Source: a virus (taxonomy: Duplodnaviria; Caudoviricetes). From it: a stretch of 64,000 nucleotides of DNA. The notes beneath the pieces were generated by a model. The model was given only the letters and a program-made list of their open reading frames with translations. It ran no database searches and had not been told where the DNA came from. Below, one piece after another: positions 48,687 to 57,859 of this stretch; position 1 is the stretch's first letter, and each line of letters opens with the position of its first letter. The translations under genes and the position numbers were made by a program. Location: the IMG/VR virus record IMGVR_UViG_2974750029_000001, positions 1,219-65,218 of that record. One strand, written 5' to 3'.

Positions 48687-48866
48687 TCAGGGCAATCGGA
48701 CAGGGGTCTGGTTGACCGCGCCGCAGTCGAGGCAGACGGTCTGGCCGAGCCGGACCACACCGACCGGGACGCCGTCCTGGGTGGCCGGTCGGGTGACCCA
48801 GTCCTTGACCGTCGTGCGCTTGTGCTTGCACCGCTTCTCAGCGCGGCGGTCAGCGCGGTTAGACAT
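48687..48866 (-). CDS. Small hypothetical protein (CxH...CxxC)
   Basis: AAGGAG RBS; MSNRADRRAEKRCKH...CLDCG. Confidence 0.65.
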   Translation of the reverse strand: MSNRADRRAEKRCKHKRTTVKDWVTRPATQDGVPVGVVRLGQTVCLDCGAVNQTPVRLP

Positions 48867-49152
48867 CCGCGTTCTCCTTCGCGTAGTGACGGCGGCAGAG
48901 GCCGTCGGTGACGACCGGCGCGGTGCAGTCGGGGTCGCCGAGACACTCTGGCATCCGGCGGGTGGGGGTGCTGACGATCGGCGGGAGCCCAAGGTCGTCC
49001 TCGCGCCGGGTGCCGATCTTCTTGCGGATCTCTCGCTCGCGGGTCCACTTTTCGGCGGACTCGTTGGTGGCGCAGCGCGCCGAGCAGAACCGCTGCGCTA
49101 CGCGATACTTCGTCGGGGTGAACTCGACCCCGCACCGGAGGCACTTCTTCAT
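48859..49152 (-). CDS. Zinc-finger hypothetical protein
   Basis: CLRCG..F......RFCS.RC and C....C......GLC.RHY motifs; ATGA overlap. Confidence 0.75.
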   Translation of the reverse strand: MKKCLRCGVEFTPTKYRVAQRFCSARCATNESAEKWTREREIRKKIGTRREDDLGLPPIVSTPTRRMPECLGDPDCTAPVVTDGLCRRHYAKENADV

Positions 49153-51230
49153 GCGGCCTTCCTCTTCTCTCGGGTGATCGGGGTGAGCAGCGAGCGAGCG
49201 AAGTTGACCCCGCGCTGCCCGTCGATGAGCATCTTCGTGAGCCGCTCGCGGCTGCCGGTGGTGAACGCGATGTTCTCCTCGACGGTGCCGAGCGACCGTA
49301 GGTAGTGGATGGTCACCTGGTGGATCCGCGACACACGGTGGATACGGTCCTCGACCTGCTCCTGCTCGTCGGGAATCCACGTCTCGTCGAGGAACACCAG
49401 GTCATCGGCGGCGTCGAGGGTGAGCGAGACACCACCGGCGGCCGTGTTCAGCAGGAACACCCGGGGTCCGCCGGGCTGCTGCCAGCGGTCCTTGTTCGCC
49501 TTGCGCTGCGCTTGGCTGACCTTGCCGGTGACCTTCAGGCACTCGATTCCCAGCTTCGCCAGCTCGGCCTCGTACATGTCGAGGATCGAGGTGAACTGCG
49601 AGGCCACAACCACCTTGCGCTCCTCCCCCTCCTCGTCGAGCTCGGTCGACATGTTCTTGTTGATCCCCAGCCCGTCGAGGAACTCGACCAGCCAGTTGAA
49701 CTTGTTCGACGGCATCTGCGGCAGGAAGCGGTAGGCCTCCTCCCCGTCCTTCATGAACGTCTCGATGTCGCCGTGGCAGATCGCGAACTGTTTCAGGCGG
49801 GTGAGCTCGGCGAGGAACGTCGAGGCGACCAGCACGCCGGAGTCGAGCATGGTCTCGGCCTGCTCGGCGATCTCGCGGTAGGCCTTGGCCTGCTTGGGCT
49901 CCATGTCCAGCCAGTGCCCGACCGGCGAGTGCTCGTCGACGAACCCGGTGTCAGGGTTGGGCAGCGGGGTTCCGGCGTAGAGCTTGTCCGGCAGCTCCGG
50001 CCGCACCTCGCGCTTGGTCCGGCGCAGCATGATCGGCGCGATGTCCTCGTAGAACAGCTTTGCCTTGGTCTCGTCGAGACCGGCGATCTCGACGTGGCTC
50101 GCGCCGCGACCTTCGTTGCTGCGGGGGTCGCCGAGCACGTGGAACCACTGCTGCGCCCACGACCAGTAGGCGTGGTACTTGACCGGGTCGAGCCAGTTCA
50201 GGGTGCCCCAGAGGTTCTCCGGCTTCCCGCGGAACGGGGTGCCCGAGAGCGCGATCTTCAGGCCGTTCTCGGCGACCGGGATCATTCCGGCACCGGCGCG
50301 GACCTGCGTCTGGGACTGCGGGGTGGCCGAGTGACAGATCAGGCAGCGGTGGCTCTCGTCGATGACGAATGCCGCCCACTCCCGCTCGTGGAGCTGCGGG
50401 TACTTGTGGTCCCACCAGCCCTTCTCCTCGAACCAGCCCATCTGGCCGGTGCGCTTGTGCGGTCGGCGGACCCGGCGCGGCTTGACCCACTCGGCGCGCA
50501 TCATCTCCAGGTTGATGATGACCCAGCGGCGGCGGTCGGTCGGCGCGGGGCCGAGGCCTTCGAGGATCTTCTTGCGCTTCGGCCCGGTACCCATCACCGG
50601 CACGACCTCGTCGCCGGGAGCCCACGTCGCGAGCTCGTCCGGCCAGGTGGTCGCTACGGCGATCGACGGGGCCGCCACCAGGATGTCGCCGACGGTCTGG
50701 CTCTCGGCCATCGCGCCGATGGTCTGGAGCGTCTTGCCGAGGCCGGGATGATCGGCCAGCAGCGCCCGGCGGGTGTGGGTGAGGAAAGCGATCCCCGCTC
50801 GCTGGTAGGGGTGGACGACGCGGTTGATCGCCGGGACCTCGCGGGCGAAGTGCTCGGACAATTCGGCGTCGCTGCTCGCGCTGGCGAAGTTCTCGATCGC
50901 TCCGAGGCGCTCGATCTCCTCCAGCGCCCACTCGTTGAGGCCCTCGGAGATCTCCAGCTTCTCGCCGAAGGTCTCGCGCAGCGCCTTGCAGTTGGTCAAC
51001 GACAGCGGGAGCTGGCCGCCGCCGGAGGAGACCTTCAGCCCGCCAAGGCCTTTCAGCGCCTCCTGGTTGCGCTTGCGGTGGACGACCGCGAGGCCGCTAG
51101 GCCACCAGACCTCGATCCCGGTGGGGGAGGTGTCGTCGTCGGCTAGTTCTGCCCAGACGCCGCCAGTGCGGAGGCACTCGATGCGTTCGAGAACGGATGG
51201 GTTGTCGGATTCGAGCTCGATGGCGGCCAA
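49149..51230 (-). CDS. SNF2-family DNA helicase
   Basis: LADHPGLGKT, IDESH, LSGTP, MLRRTK, ASQF and QVEDRIHR; TTG start inferred from a GGAG RBS. Confidence 0.9.
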   Translation of the reverse strand: MAAIELESDNPSVLERIECLRTGGVWAELADDDTSPTGIEVWWPSGLAVVHRKRNQEALKGLGGLKVSSGGGQLPLSLTNCKALRETFGEKLEISEGLNEWALEEIERLGAIENFASASSDAELSEHFAREVPAINRVVHPYQRAGIAFLTHTRRALLADHPGLGKTLQTIGAMAESQTVGDILVAAPSIAVATTWPDELATWAPGDEVVPVMGTGPKRKKILEGLGPAPTDRRRWVIINLEMMRAEWVKPRRVRRPHKRTGQMGWFEEKGWWDHKYPQLHEREWAAFVIDESHRCLICHSATPQSQTQVRAGAGMIPVAENGLKIALSGTPFRGKPENLWGTLNWLDPVKYHAYWSWAQQWFHVLGDPRSNEGRGASHVEIAGLDETKAKLFYEDIAPIMLRRTKREVRPELPDKLYAGTPLPNPDTGFVDEHSPVGHWLDMEPKQAKAYREIAEQAETMLDSGVLVASTFLAELTRLKQFAICHGDIETFMKDGEEAYRFLPQMPSNKFNWLVEFLDGLGINKNMSTELDEEGEERKVVVASQFTSILDMYEAELAKLGIECLKVTGKVSQAQRKANKDRWQQPGGPRVFLLNTAAGGVSLTLDAADDLVFLDETWIPDEQEQVEDRIHRVSRIHQVTIHYLRSLGTVEENIAFTTGSRERLTKMLIDGQRGVNFARSLLTPITREKRKAA

Positions 51231-51736
51231 GGGATGTTCTCTCCGTTGATGATCTGGTCGTGGAGGGTGGTCAGCTTCTCGGTGTACTGGTCGTTGTTCT
51301 CGCGGCCGGTGAAGCTCACCCCGGCCCAAACCCCGGTCAGCCGCCCGTACTTGCCGTGGAGCTTGGCGAGATCCTGCGCAACCACCATTGCGTCCCGAGA
51401 GCATAGGTCGAGGAACGGACACTCCTCGGTGCAGATCCGCGCGACGTCTTTCTGCCGCTGCTTCTCGCGGATGTGCCAGGACGTCGACCGGCGGTTCTTC
51501 TCGTGCTGTTCCTCGTCCTCGTCAGGGGTGATGAAGGTGTCCCAGTCGAAGTCGCACGGCTTCATCTCCCTGCGCCAGTCGCGCCGGTCCTCGGGAACGT
51601 CGGGCACGGCGAAGAGCATCACCGGGTTCTTCTGCGGCGCAGGGCCGATGAACTTCTTGCGGTCGGGGTCTCGGAGACTGCTCTGGATGCGCTGGCCGGT
51701 GATGGAGATCGAGCTCGCGCGTGCGCCGGTCCTCAC
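51143..51736 (-). CDS. WhiB-like protein
   Basis: PC...ARICTEECPFLDLC...GVWAG. Confidence 0.7.
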   Translation of the reverse strand: MRTGARASSISITGQRIQSSLRDPDRKKFIGPAPQKNPVMLFAVPDVPEDRRDWRREMKPCDFDWDTFITPDEDEEQHEKNRRSTSWHIREKQRQKDVARICTEECPFLDLCSRDAMVVAQDLAKLHGKYGRLTGVWAGVSFTGRENNDQYTEKLTTLHDQIINGENIPWPPSSSNPTTHPFSNASSASALAASGQN

Positions 51737-51912
51737 TCTCCGGCGACCTTCTGTCCGCCGACCGACACGACCCGCGGGGTCGAGGTGTGGCTCTCGCTGT
51801 GGATGGCGACGCCGATGTCGGCGTGGCGCTCGATGGCCTCGTTCTCGTCGGTTGCCATGACGCTGAACGTGGTGGTCGTGACCTGCTCGATCTCGACGGT
51901 GTACTCCTGCAC
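51733..51912 (-). CDS. Small hypothetical protein, 59 aa (not in the ORF track)
   Basis: AGGAG RBS, GTG start, VQEYTVEIEQVTTTTFSVMATDENEAIER..., GTGA overlap with the next gene. Confidence 0.7.
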   Translation of the reverse strand: MQEYTVEIEQVTTTTFSVMATDENEAIERHADIGVAIHSESHTSTPRVVSVGGQKVAGE

Positions 51913-51949
51913 GTGGTTCTCCTGGAGGGGTGGGTAGTTGGACTTGCTA

Positions 51950-51978
51950 ATGATATGCGGTTGACGTCAATACGTCAA
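51950..51978 (-). promoter_or_regulatory. Strong SigA-like promoter with TTGACGTCAAC in the spacer
   Basis: Minus strand TTGACG (51978-51973), 17 nt, TATCAT (51955-51950); palindrome at 51960-51971. Confidence 0.8.
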
Positions 51979-52003
51979 CTCTTGTTCTCAGTGCTCATGG
52001 GGA

Positions 52004-52942
52004 TCATCCAATCTTCGTGACGCGGGCGAGGGCAACGGAACGGAATCCGCCGCTGACTTCGAGGAAGTGCAGGATGCGGAGATCCTCCCCGAACTCGATG
52101 GGGTCGAACTCCGCGGGAGTGATGTGCGGCGGGTGCTTGCCGCCGTTGGCATCGACTACGGCGCGGTCGAGCGCGCCGGACAACGAGTTGCGCCAGACTA
52201 CCTCGACCTTGCCCTTCGCGAGCTTGGTGAGGATCTCGGTGTTCGACAGTTCGCTGGCGACCTTCGACCAGTTGCGATCGGGGTTGGCCTGCTGACCGCG
52301 GACCGCGGCATAGGTGCCCTGCTGCGACCAGACCGCGTGCTCGGCGTCCTTCGGCTTGGCCTCCTCGGCAGCGGCCTTGTGCGCCAGCGCCTCCTGCGCC
52401 ACCTCGGCGTCGTCGGCCTTCGGCCCGGTGCCGTAGAACTCGGATACGGTCTGATCGGCGATGCCAGCGGGGATGGGCGGCACTTCGTCGGCCTGCTCCT
52501 CGATGGGCGGCACAGTGGGCGGCACAGCCTCGACCTCCTGCTGGTGGGCGGCACTATGGGCGGCACTGGTGGGCGGCACTGGGGGTGCGTCGGCGGGCTG
52601 CTGGCTGTCCTCGGCCCCGCTCGGCTGCGGCTTGACGTGGAAGTCGTTCTCGATCGCCTCGCGCACGTCGCCGGACTCGGGGTCGAGCACCTTCTGCGCG
52701 CCGATGACGTCGACGTAGGTGACCTGGTCGCTGTCGGTGTCGGGGTCGATCGCATAGAACGCGCGGATCTCCTCTGCGCCCCACTCGTTGCCCAGGTCGC
52801 GCCGCAGCGTGACGAAGGCGAACTTCTTGTTGGCGCGGGGTGCCTTGGGGGCGACCCAGCCGTACTGCTCGGCGTGAGCAGTGATCTGCTTCGCCATGTC
52901 GAGGGCTTCGGCCTTCGCCTCTGCGAACTCTTCTGGTGTCAT
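52004..52942 (-). CDS. Hypothetical protein
   Basis: GAGGAGG RBS; two globular regions joined by a Pro/Ala linker. Confidence 0.8.
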   Translation of the reverse strand: MTPEEFAEAKAEALDMAKQITAHAEQYGWVAPKAPRANKKFAFVTLRRDLGNEWGAEEIRAFYAIDPDTDSDQVTYVDVIGAQKVLDPESGDVREAIENDFHVKPQPSGAEDSQQPADAPPVPPTSAAHSAAHQQEVEAVPPTVPPIEEQADEVPPIPAGIADQTVSEFYGTGPKADDAEVAQEALAHKAAAEEAKPKDAEHAVWSQQGTYAAVRGQQANPDRNWSKVASELSNTEILTKLAKGKVEVVWRNSLSGALDRAVVDANGGKHPPHITPAEFDPIEFGEDLRILHFLEVSGGFRSVALARVTKIG

Positions 52943-53029
52943 GCTTCCTCCTCGGTTGAAACTCTGAAATCCTAATCAGAACAACGGAACTGGTCATATT
53001 CGGCTTATTCGGCTAGTACCCGCGTACCG

Positions 53030-53095
53030 CCCGGCTCCCGCGTCCGGCCTGGCCCCGGCTCCCGCGTCCGGCTCCGCGCTCGACCCCGGCTCCCG
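53030..53095. repeat. Direct repeats CCCGGCTCCCG(CGTCCGGC)
   Basis: 19-bp copies at 53030-53048 and 53054-53072, partial copy at 53084-53095; also TATTCGGCT twice at 52997-53014. Confidence 0.8.
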
Positions 53096-53104
53096 TGCGC
53101 GCCC

Positions 53105-53165
53105 TCGAACGCCCGTTCGACCGGCCGTGCCGCTCGAACATCCGTTCGATCGAACCTCTGTTCGA
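53105..53165. promoter_or_regulatory. Three perfect actinobacterial LexA (SOS) boxes
   Basis: TCGAAC-N4-GTTCGA at 53105-53120, 53134-53149 and 53150-53165. Confidence 0.8.
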
Positions 53166-53470
53166 TCCGGTGTCACTCTCACCCCGGCCGGTTTCCCGTT
53201 CGCGCTGTGCCGCGCGATCGCCGTGTGACACCGTCGGCGCGCTATCTGTGTCGCCGTGGTCGGCCGGGTGTCTGTATCTCACCCGGTGCGCGTAACCCTC
53301 GCGCTGTGACCCGTGTCCCGCTGTTCTGTTCTCAAGGTGCATATGGCTTGCGCCGTTGCCAACACTGTACCGGTTGATCGCCAACCGACGCAAGTCCCGT
53401 GTTGAGCGTGTCCCCGCGGCCGGTCGTCGGTGCCGGTCTCACCCGCGGGGGTGTGCTGCTGTCCCGGCCG

Positions 53471-53531
53471 ACGATACGCAACTCACGCGGTTAACGTCAA
53501 CTAGACAAGTAGGCGAGATCTCGCCTACTGT
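53471..53531. promoter_or_regulatory. Divergent promoter pair with two palindromes
   Basis: Leftward TTGACG-18-TATCGT (53500-53471); rightward TAGACA-18-TACTGT (53502-53531); GTTAACGTCAAC at 53490-53501; perfect 22-bp palindrome at 53508-53529. Confidence 0.6.
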
Positions 53532-53581
53532 GACCCTCAACCGGCCGCACACGGCGACCGGCACACCGAAAGGATCTCCCC

Positions 53582-54373
53582 ATGACAACGTTCAACGTCC
53601 GCGAGCTCACCGGCGACGACGCGGCGCAGTACCTCGACAACCGGCCGCGTATGCGCGCTTTCCACGTCGACGGCCGCGGGGTGTCGGGACCGTTCACCGT
53701 GCAGACCATGCTCACCCCGTTTGGTGCGCCGGTGCATCGTCCGATCGACCCGGCGACCGGTCGCGAGGTGCGCGAGGATCGACCCGTCGCGAGCTATCCC
53801 GGGTTCGTATTCGAGTTTGGGCCGATGGTCGTCGGGACCTACGTCAACACACACGACGACGCGCAGCGGCACCCGTACCCGTTTACTGTGAACGGCCGCG
53901 AGTACCAACGTCTCACCGTGCGCGCCGACTTCCATCCGATCGACGTCGTCGAGTCGAGCAATTTCTACGGGGTCAAGCGCGCACACTCGACGAACGGTTA
54001 CACCCTCGCGCAAGCGCGCACTCACTGTGAGTACAGCGGCGAAGTGGTCGCGTCGCCGGTCCCCGGCACCGACGGTGAAGCTCACACCGGTATCTACGTC
54101 GTCGACGTGCGCGACTATCTGCGCGAGGTCACCGACTCGGCACGCCGGACGCTGCGCCGGTTGGTCTCGCACGTCATCGCGACGACGTACCTCGGCGACG
54201 CCGACCACCACGACGACATGCTGGACCTGATCGCCCGCGACATCCGCGCCGACATCGTCGTCGCTGATGAGATCTCGACCCGTTGGCAGCGCGAGTCGGC
54301 GCGTCTCCAGAACCTCGCCATCGCTGCGCGCACGACGGCCGTCCGCAACCCGATTGCGTCGGTGATCGCATGA
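53582..54373 (+). CDS. Hypothetical protein (right-arm cassette)
   Basis: CGAAAGGATC RBS; 263 aa. Confidence 0.8.
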   Translation: MTTFNVRELTGDDAAQYLDNRPRMRAFHVDGRGVSGPFTVQTMLTPFGAPVHRPIDPATGREVREDRPVASYPGFVFEFGPMVVGTYVNTHDDAQRHPYPFTVNGREYQRLTVRADFHPIDVVESSNFYGVKRAHSTNGYTLAQARTHCEYSGEVVASPVPGTDGEAHTGIYVVDVRDYLREVTDSARRTLRRLVSHVIATTYLGDADHHDDMLDLIARDIRADIVVADEISTRWQRESARLQNLAIAARTTAVRNPIASVIA

Positions 54374-54762
54374 CGGCCGCTATCGCGACGCGCGTCGAGT
54401 CGGGCCCGCTGCGCGTCGACGTCGAGCGCGTCGCCGACACCGTCGCGACGCTCACCGCGGCCGGGTACGTCTGGCAAGTGATCGCCGACGGCGACGACAC
54501 CGCTCCGCGGGTGCGCGTCACGTGCCACGGCCGAAAGGTCTCGCGTCTGTTCGATCGCTGGCAGTATCCGCGCGCGGACGTCTGGCACGCCGTCGGTGTC
54601 GCCGGGGTGCGCCTGCTGACACGCGCGGACGTCGTCGAGATCGACCACGAATCGGCCGGTCTCGGCGCGGCGAGCTACGTCGGCCGACGGCCGCTGCCTG
54701 ATCACGAACGGCACGCCGTCGAGTCGGCGACGCGGTTGTACGTCGTGCGAGATCTCGCCTAG
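54370..54762 (+). CDS. Hypothetical protein
   Basis: ATGA overlap; ends at the next promoter. Confidence 0.7.
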   Translation: MTAAIATRVESGPLRVDVERVADTVATLTAAGYVWQVIADGDDTAPRVRVTCHGRKVSRLFDRWQYPRADVWHAVGVAGVRLLTRADVVEIDHESAGLGAASYVGRRPLPDHERHAVESATRLYVVRDLA

Positions 54763-54791
54763 TTGTCACGATTAACGTCGACGGGTAATGT
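54763..54791 (+). promoter_or_regulatory. Repeated right-arm promoter
   Basis: TTGTCA-17-TAATGT. Confidence 0.8.
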
Positions 54792-54844
54792 CGACGGCGC
54801 GGCCGGGTCACACGGCCGCAACCCCCACCACGAAAGGATCGAAC

Positions 54845-55600
54845 ATGTTGATCAACACACCTCACGGCGTGACGGCGACCGTCGACGCTCGCACGACATA
54901 CGCCTACGGTTCGCGCACGGCGACCGGCACGCTTCGCACGGCGACGGTGACCTACCGCAGCGGGTACGGACACCCGGTGCCGGTCGCGCTCGACGCGATC
55001 GCCGGGGACGAATGGACACCGTCGGCGCACCCGGCCGGTTGGGACACTCCCCCGACGCACGTCGATACGTGCGAGGTCTCGCGCTACCTCACCTCGGCCG
55101 GTGCGCAGCGGGTGCGCGGCGAGCTGCTCAACCGGGCCCGGCGCGCACAATCGGCCACATGGGACTTCACCCCCGGCCGTATCTACACCGGGCCCCGCGT
55201 GTCTGCTCTCACCGTGCGGACGAACCGTGTGTGTGTCGTGTGGGACCGGCGAGACCTCATGTGGTGGGAAGACGTGACGACTGACGACGCGCCGGTATAC
55301 CTCACGCACCGCGACGGGGTGCGCGAGATCGCCGACGTTCGGCAGTACCTCGACGACCGTCGCCGGTGGATTCACGGCACCGATGACGCCGTTCAGCTCG
55401 ACGCTGACACCGACACCGGCATCGTGCGTCTGTTCGGTCGGACGGTCGCCGACGTCGTCCGGTGTCTCGACTGCGGCCGTGCCTGGGATGACGCGCACGC
55501 CTCCAGCTCGACCCCGGCACCCGCTGCCCGGTGCCCTTTTGAGTACGACCACGGTCGACCGGCCGCGCAGCGCGCTTACCCGTTTGGCGGCGAGCGGTGA
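54845..55600 (+). CDS. Hypothetical protein
   Basis: CGAAAGGATCGA RBS; C-terminal CLDCGRAWDD...TPAPAARCPFEY.H motif. Confidence 0.8.
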   Translation: MLINTPHGVTATVDARTTYAYGSRTATGTLRTATVTYRSGYGHPVPVALDAIAGDEWTPSAHPAGWDTPPTHVDTCEVSRYLTSAGAQRVRGELLNRARRAQSATWDFTPGRIYTGPRVSALTVRTNRVCVVWDRRDLMWWEDVTTDDAPVYLTHRDGVREIADVRQYLDDRRRWIHGTDDAVQLDADTDTGIVRLFGRTVADVVRCLDCGRAWDDAHASSSTPAPAARCPFEYDHGRPAAQRAYPFGGER

Positions 55601-56052
55601 GCGCGCCGGGTGCGCGTCTCGCGCAGCGTCTCACCGCGGCCGGATACCGACGCGCCGACGCGGCCGCGTGGTCGGCCGACGGCGAGGTGTGGGAGACCGT
55701 CGCTAGTAGTCGATACGGGTACGCGATCACTACGCGCGTCGAGATCTCGCGAGACCGACGCGGCCGGGTGACGCGCGCGGCATATCTCGACGGCGACGGC
55801 CGTCGATACCCGTTCGGGCCCCGTCGCGTCGTCGGCGAGCTGCTCGACTACCTCGCCGGGGTGCGGTTCGACGTCACGACGTGGAACGGCGCATATCCGA
55901 CGTTCGGTGTCGCGTATGGTCCGGCGAGCGTGACGACCGTCGCGACGCGCCGACATGCGCGCGCGCTGCGCGAGGCTCGCGCAGCGAACGGCGATCAAGT
56001 CACCTTGCGCCGGGTCGATCCGGCCGGATACCGGCCGCGCGTCACGCCGTGA
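55597..56052 (+). CDS. Hypothetical protein
   Basis: GTGA overlap; ends at the next promoter. Confidence 0.7.
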   Translation: MSAPGARLAQRLTAAGYRRADAAAWSADGEVWETVASSRYGYAITTRVEISRDRRGRVTRAAYLDGDGRRYPFGPRRVVGELLDYLAGVRFDVTTWNGAYPTFGVAYGPASVTTVATRRHARALREARAANGDQVTLRRVDPAGYRPRVTP

Positions 56053-56053
56053 C

Positions 56054-56082
56054 TTGTCACGGTTAACGTCATCCCGTAACGT
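56054..56082 (+). promoter_or_regulatory. Repeated right-arm promoter
   Basis: TTGTCA-17-TAACGT. Confidence 0.85.
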
Positions 56083-56126
56083 ATGCCTCACCGGGCCCAC
56101 CGGGCCCCACACGAAAGGATCGAACC

Positions 56127-57059
56127 ATGACAACTCTCACCCCCGCGCAGATCGCCCGCATGACGGCGATGGGGACCCCCGCACACCGTGAGCATCTCGG
56201 CGGCGATTGGACAGTTACCGGCACCGTGCGAAGCGCGCACGTTCTCGCGGCCGTCGTCGCGAACGATGACTTCCACGGCGCGCTATCGAACGTCATCCGG
56301 TCGGCCGGTGCGCGTATCTGGGAAAACCTCGAATACGTCGGTGCCGACGACGTCGATCGCTTCGCCGCGCACGTGGAAGGATCGACCCGCTACGGCACCG
56401 ACGCGGCCGACCGGGCCCGGATCGTTGGCGAGCTGCGCGCGATCGCCGATTACATGCGCGAGTACACCGACGGCGTCGAGATCGAACGGCACTACTCCGA
56501 CGGCACCACATACGTCGACGTATTCCGTCGGTCGGTGACCTTCCCCGGCGATTGGGAGACGCGCGGGGGTGAGATGTTCACTGCGGATACGTCCGACGCG
56601 CTGCGCGCAGCGGTGAGCGATTACGACCTTCTCATCTTCTCCCCCGATCGGTGCGTCGTGTGTGGCGAGGTGATCGACTACTGCCAGGGTCACGGCGCGA
56701 TCGGTGACCCGGCCGGTAATGCGGTGCTCAACGCACACGACGACGGCGACCACACCCGGTGTCACCCGGCCGGGTGCGACGACGCGCAGCGCGCGGCCGA
56801 CGCGGCCGACGCCGCACACAACCGCGGGGCCCGGCACACCCGCGGCGATCACACGGCGTGCTCTCCGTCGCTCTGCGACGCGGCACGCGCGGCCGCTGCG
56901 CGCCGGTACGTCGTGTCCGGCGACCGGCGCGGCGAGTACTACGCCGGGGTGCGCGCAACCTACGCGCGCAACGTCGCCGCGGCCGACGTCTCGCGCACCG
57001 TCGCCGAGGCGCAGCGCGCCGGTTGGTCGAACGTCGTCGCGACCGTCGAGAGTTTCTGA
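56127..57059 (+). CDS. Hypothetical protein with Cys/His motifs
   Basis: CGAAAGGATCGA RBS; CVVCGE.IDYCQGH and two H..GDHT.C.P..C repeats. Confidence 0.8.
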   Translation: MTTLTPAQIARMTAMGTPAHREHLGGDWTVTGTVRSAHVLAAVVANDDFHGALSNVIRSAGARIWENLEYVGADDVDRFAAHVEGSTRYGTDAADRARIVGELRAIADYMREYTDGVEIERHYSDGTTYVDVFRRSVTFPGDWETRGGEMFTADTSDALRAAVSDYDLLIFSPDRCVVCGEVIDYCQGHGAIGDPAGNAVLNAHDDGDHTRCHPAGCDDAQRAADAADAAHNRGARHTRGDHTACSPSLCDAARAAAARRYVVSGDRRGEYYAGVRATYARNVAAADVSRTVAEAQRAGWSNVVATVESF

Positions 57060-57128
57060 CACACCCCTCACTCCTCGCGGCCGGGTGTCACCCCGACACC
57101 CGGCCGCACCCCTCGAAAGGATCGAATC

Positions 57129-57698
57129 ATGCGGATACACACAACTCTCACCCCCGTCGTCGTGCGCGAGTGCCTCGACGCCGTAAACGCGCTGACGGCC
57201 GAGATCTCGACCGACGTCGCGCCGCGCAGCGCGCGCGAGGATTACCGGCCGCACACCGTCACCCCGGCGCGGTTCGACGCTCTCGACGTCCACGGGTCAC
57301 GCACGCACCCCCGCGGGATTGAGGTGAAGCTCACCGGCGACGCAACGAACCGGCCGAACAGCGGGGCCCGCGGGCCCGACCGGTGGGACGACGCATACGC
57401 GGCGAGCTATGACCAATGGGGGTTGTTCCTTGCGGAGATCTACGCGCGCGATGAGTCGGCGCGCGTGCCGCAGATCTATCACAACGGCGACCACTTTCAC
57501 TGGGCAACCGGCGACCGGTACCGGCGCGAGATCTGGACACCGTCGGACTATCACCGCCGCCACAAGTGGGAGAGTCACGGCACCGCGGCGACCGGTTCGT
57601 ACTACGTGAGCGGGTGCGCGGCCGACGATTGTTCGGCGATCATGCGCCGTGTCGCGCACGGCCGTAAGTGGGCCGACATTTCGGGGTGCGCGCTGTGA
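57129..57698 (+). CDS. Conserved-looking phage hypothetical protein
   Basis: RBS motif; HGSRTH.R.IEV.L.G, NSG and AASYDQWG.FLA motifs. Confidence 0.8.
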   Translation: MRIHTTLTPVVVRECLDAVNALTAEISTDVAPRSAREDYRPHTVTPARFDALDVHGSRTHPRGIEVKLTGDATNRPNSGARGPDRWDDAYAASYDQWGLFLAEIYARDESARVPQIYHNGDHFHWATGDRYRREIWTPSDYHRRHKWESHGTAATGSYYVSGCAADDCSAIMRRVAHGRKWADISGCAL

Positions 57699-57859
57699 AC
57701 GTCCGCGAACGGCGCGCGCTGCGCGAGATCACCGCGGCCGCGCTGCGCGGGGTGGTCGCCATTCCGACCGACTCCCCCGCTTATTGGCAAGCTCTCGACG
57801 TTCTCCACGCTGCGCGCGCTCACCGGCGCGCGCTCACCTCGAAAGGATCGACAAAATGA
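57695..57859 (+). CDS. Small hypothetical protein
   Basis: 4-nt overlaps at both ends. Confidence 0.6.
   Translation: MNVRERRALREITAAALRGVVAIPTDSPAYWQALDVLHAARAHRRALTSKGSTK

Noticed and set aside
53013-53393. Minus-strand ORF through the boundary region
   Set aside because: Low-complexity R/G translation of DNA repeats and SOS boxes, with no convincing RBS.
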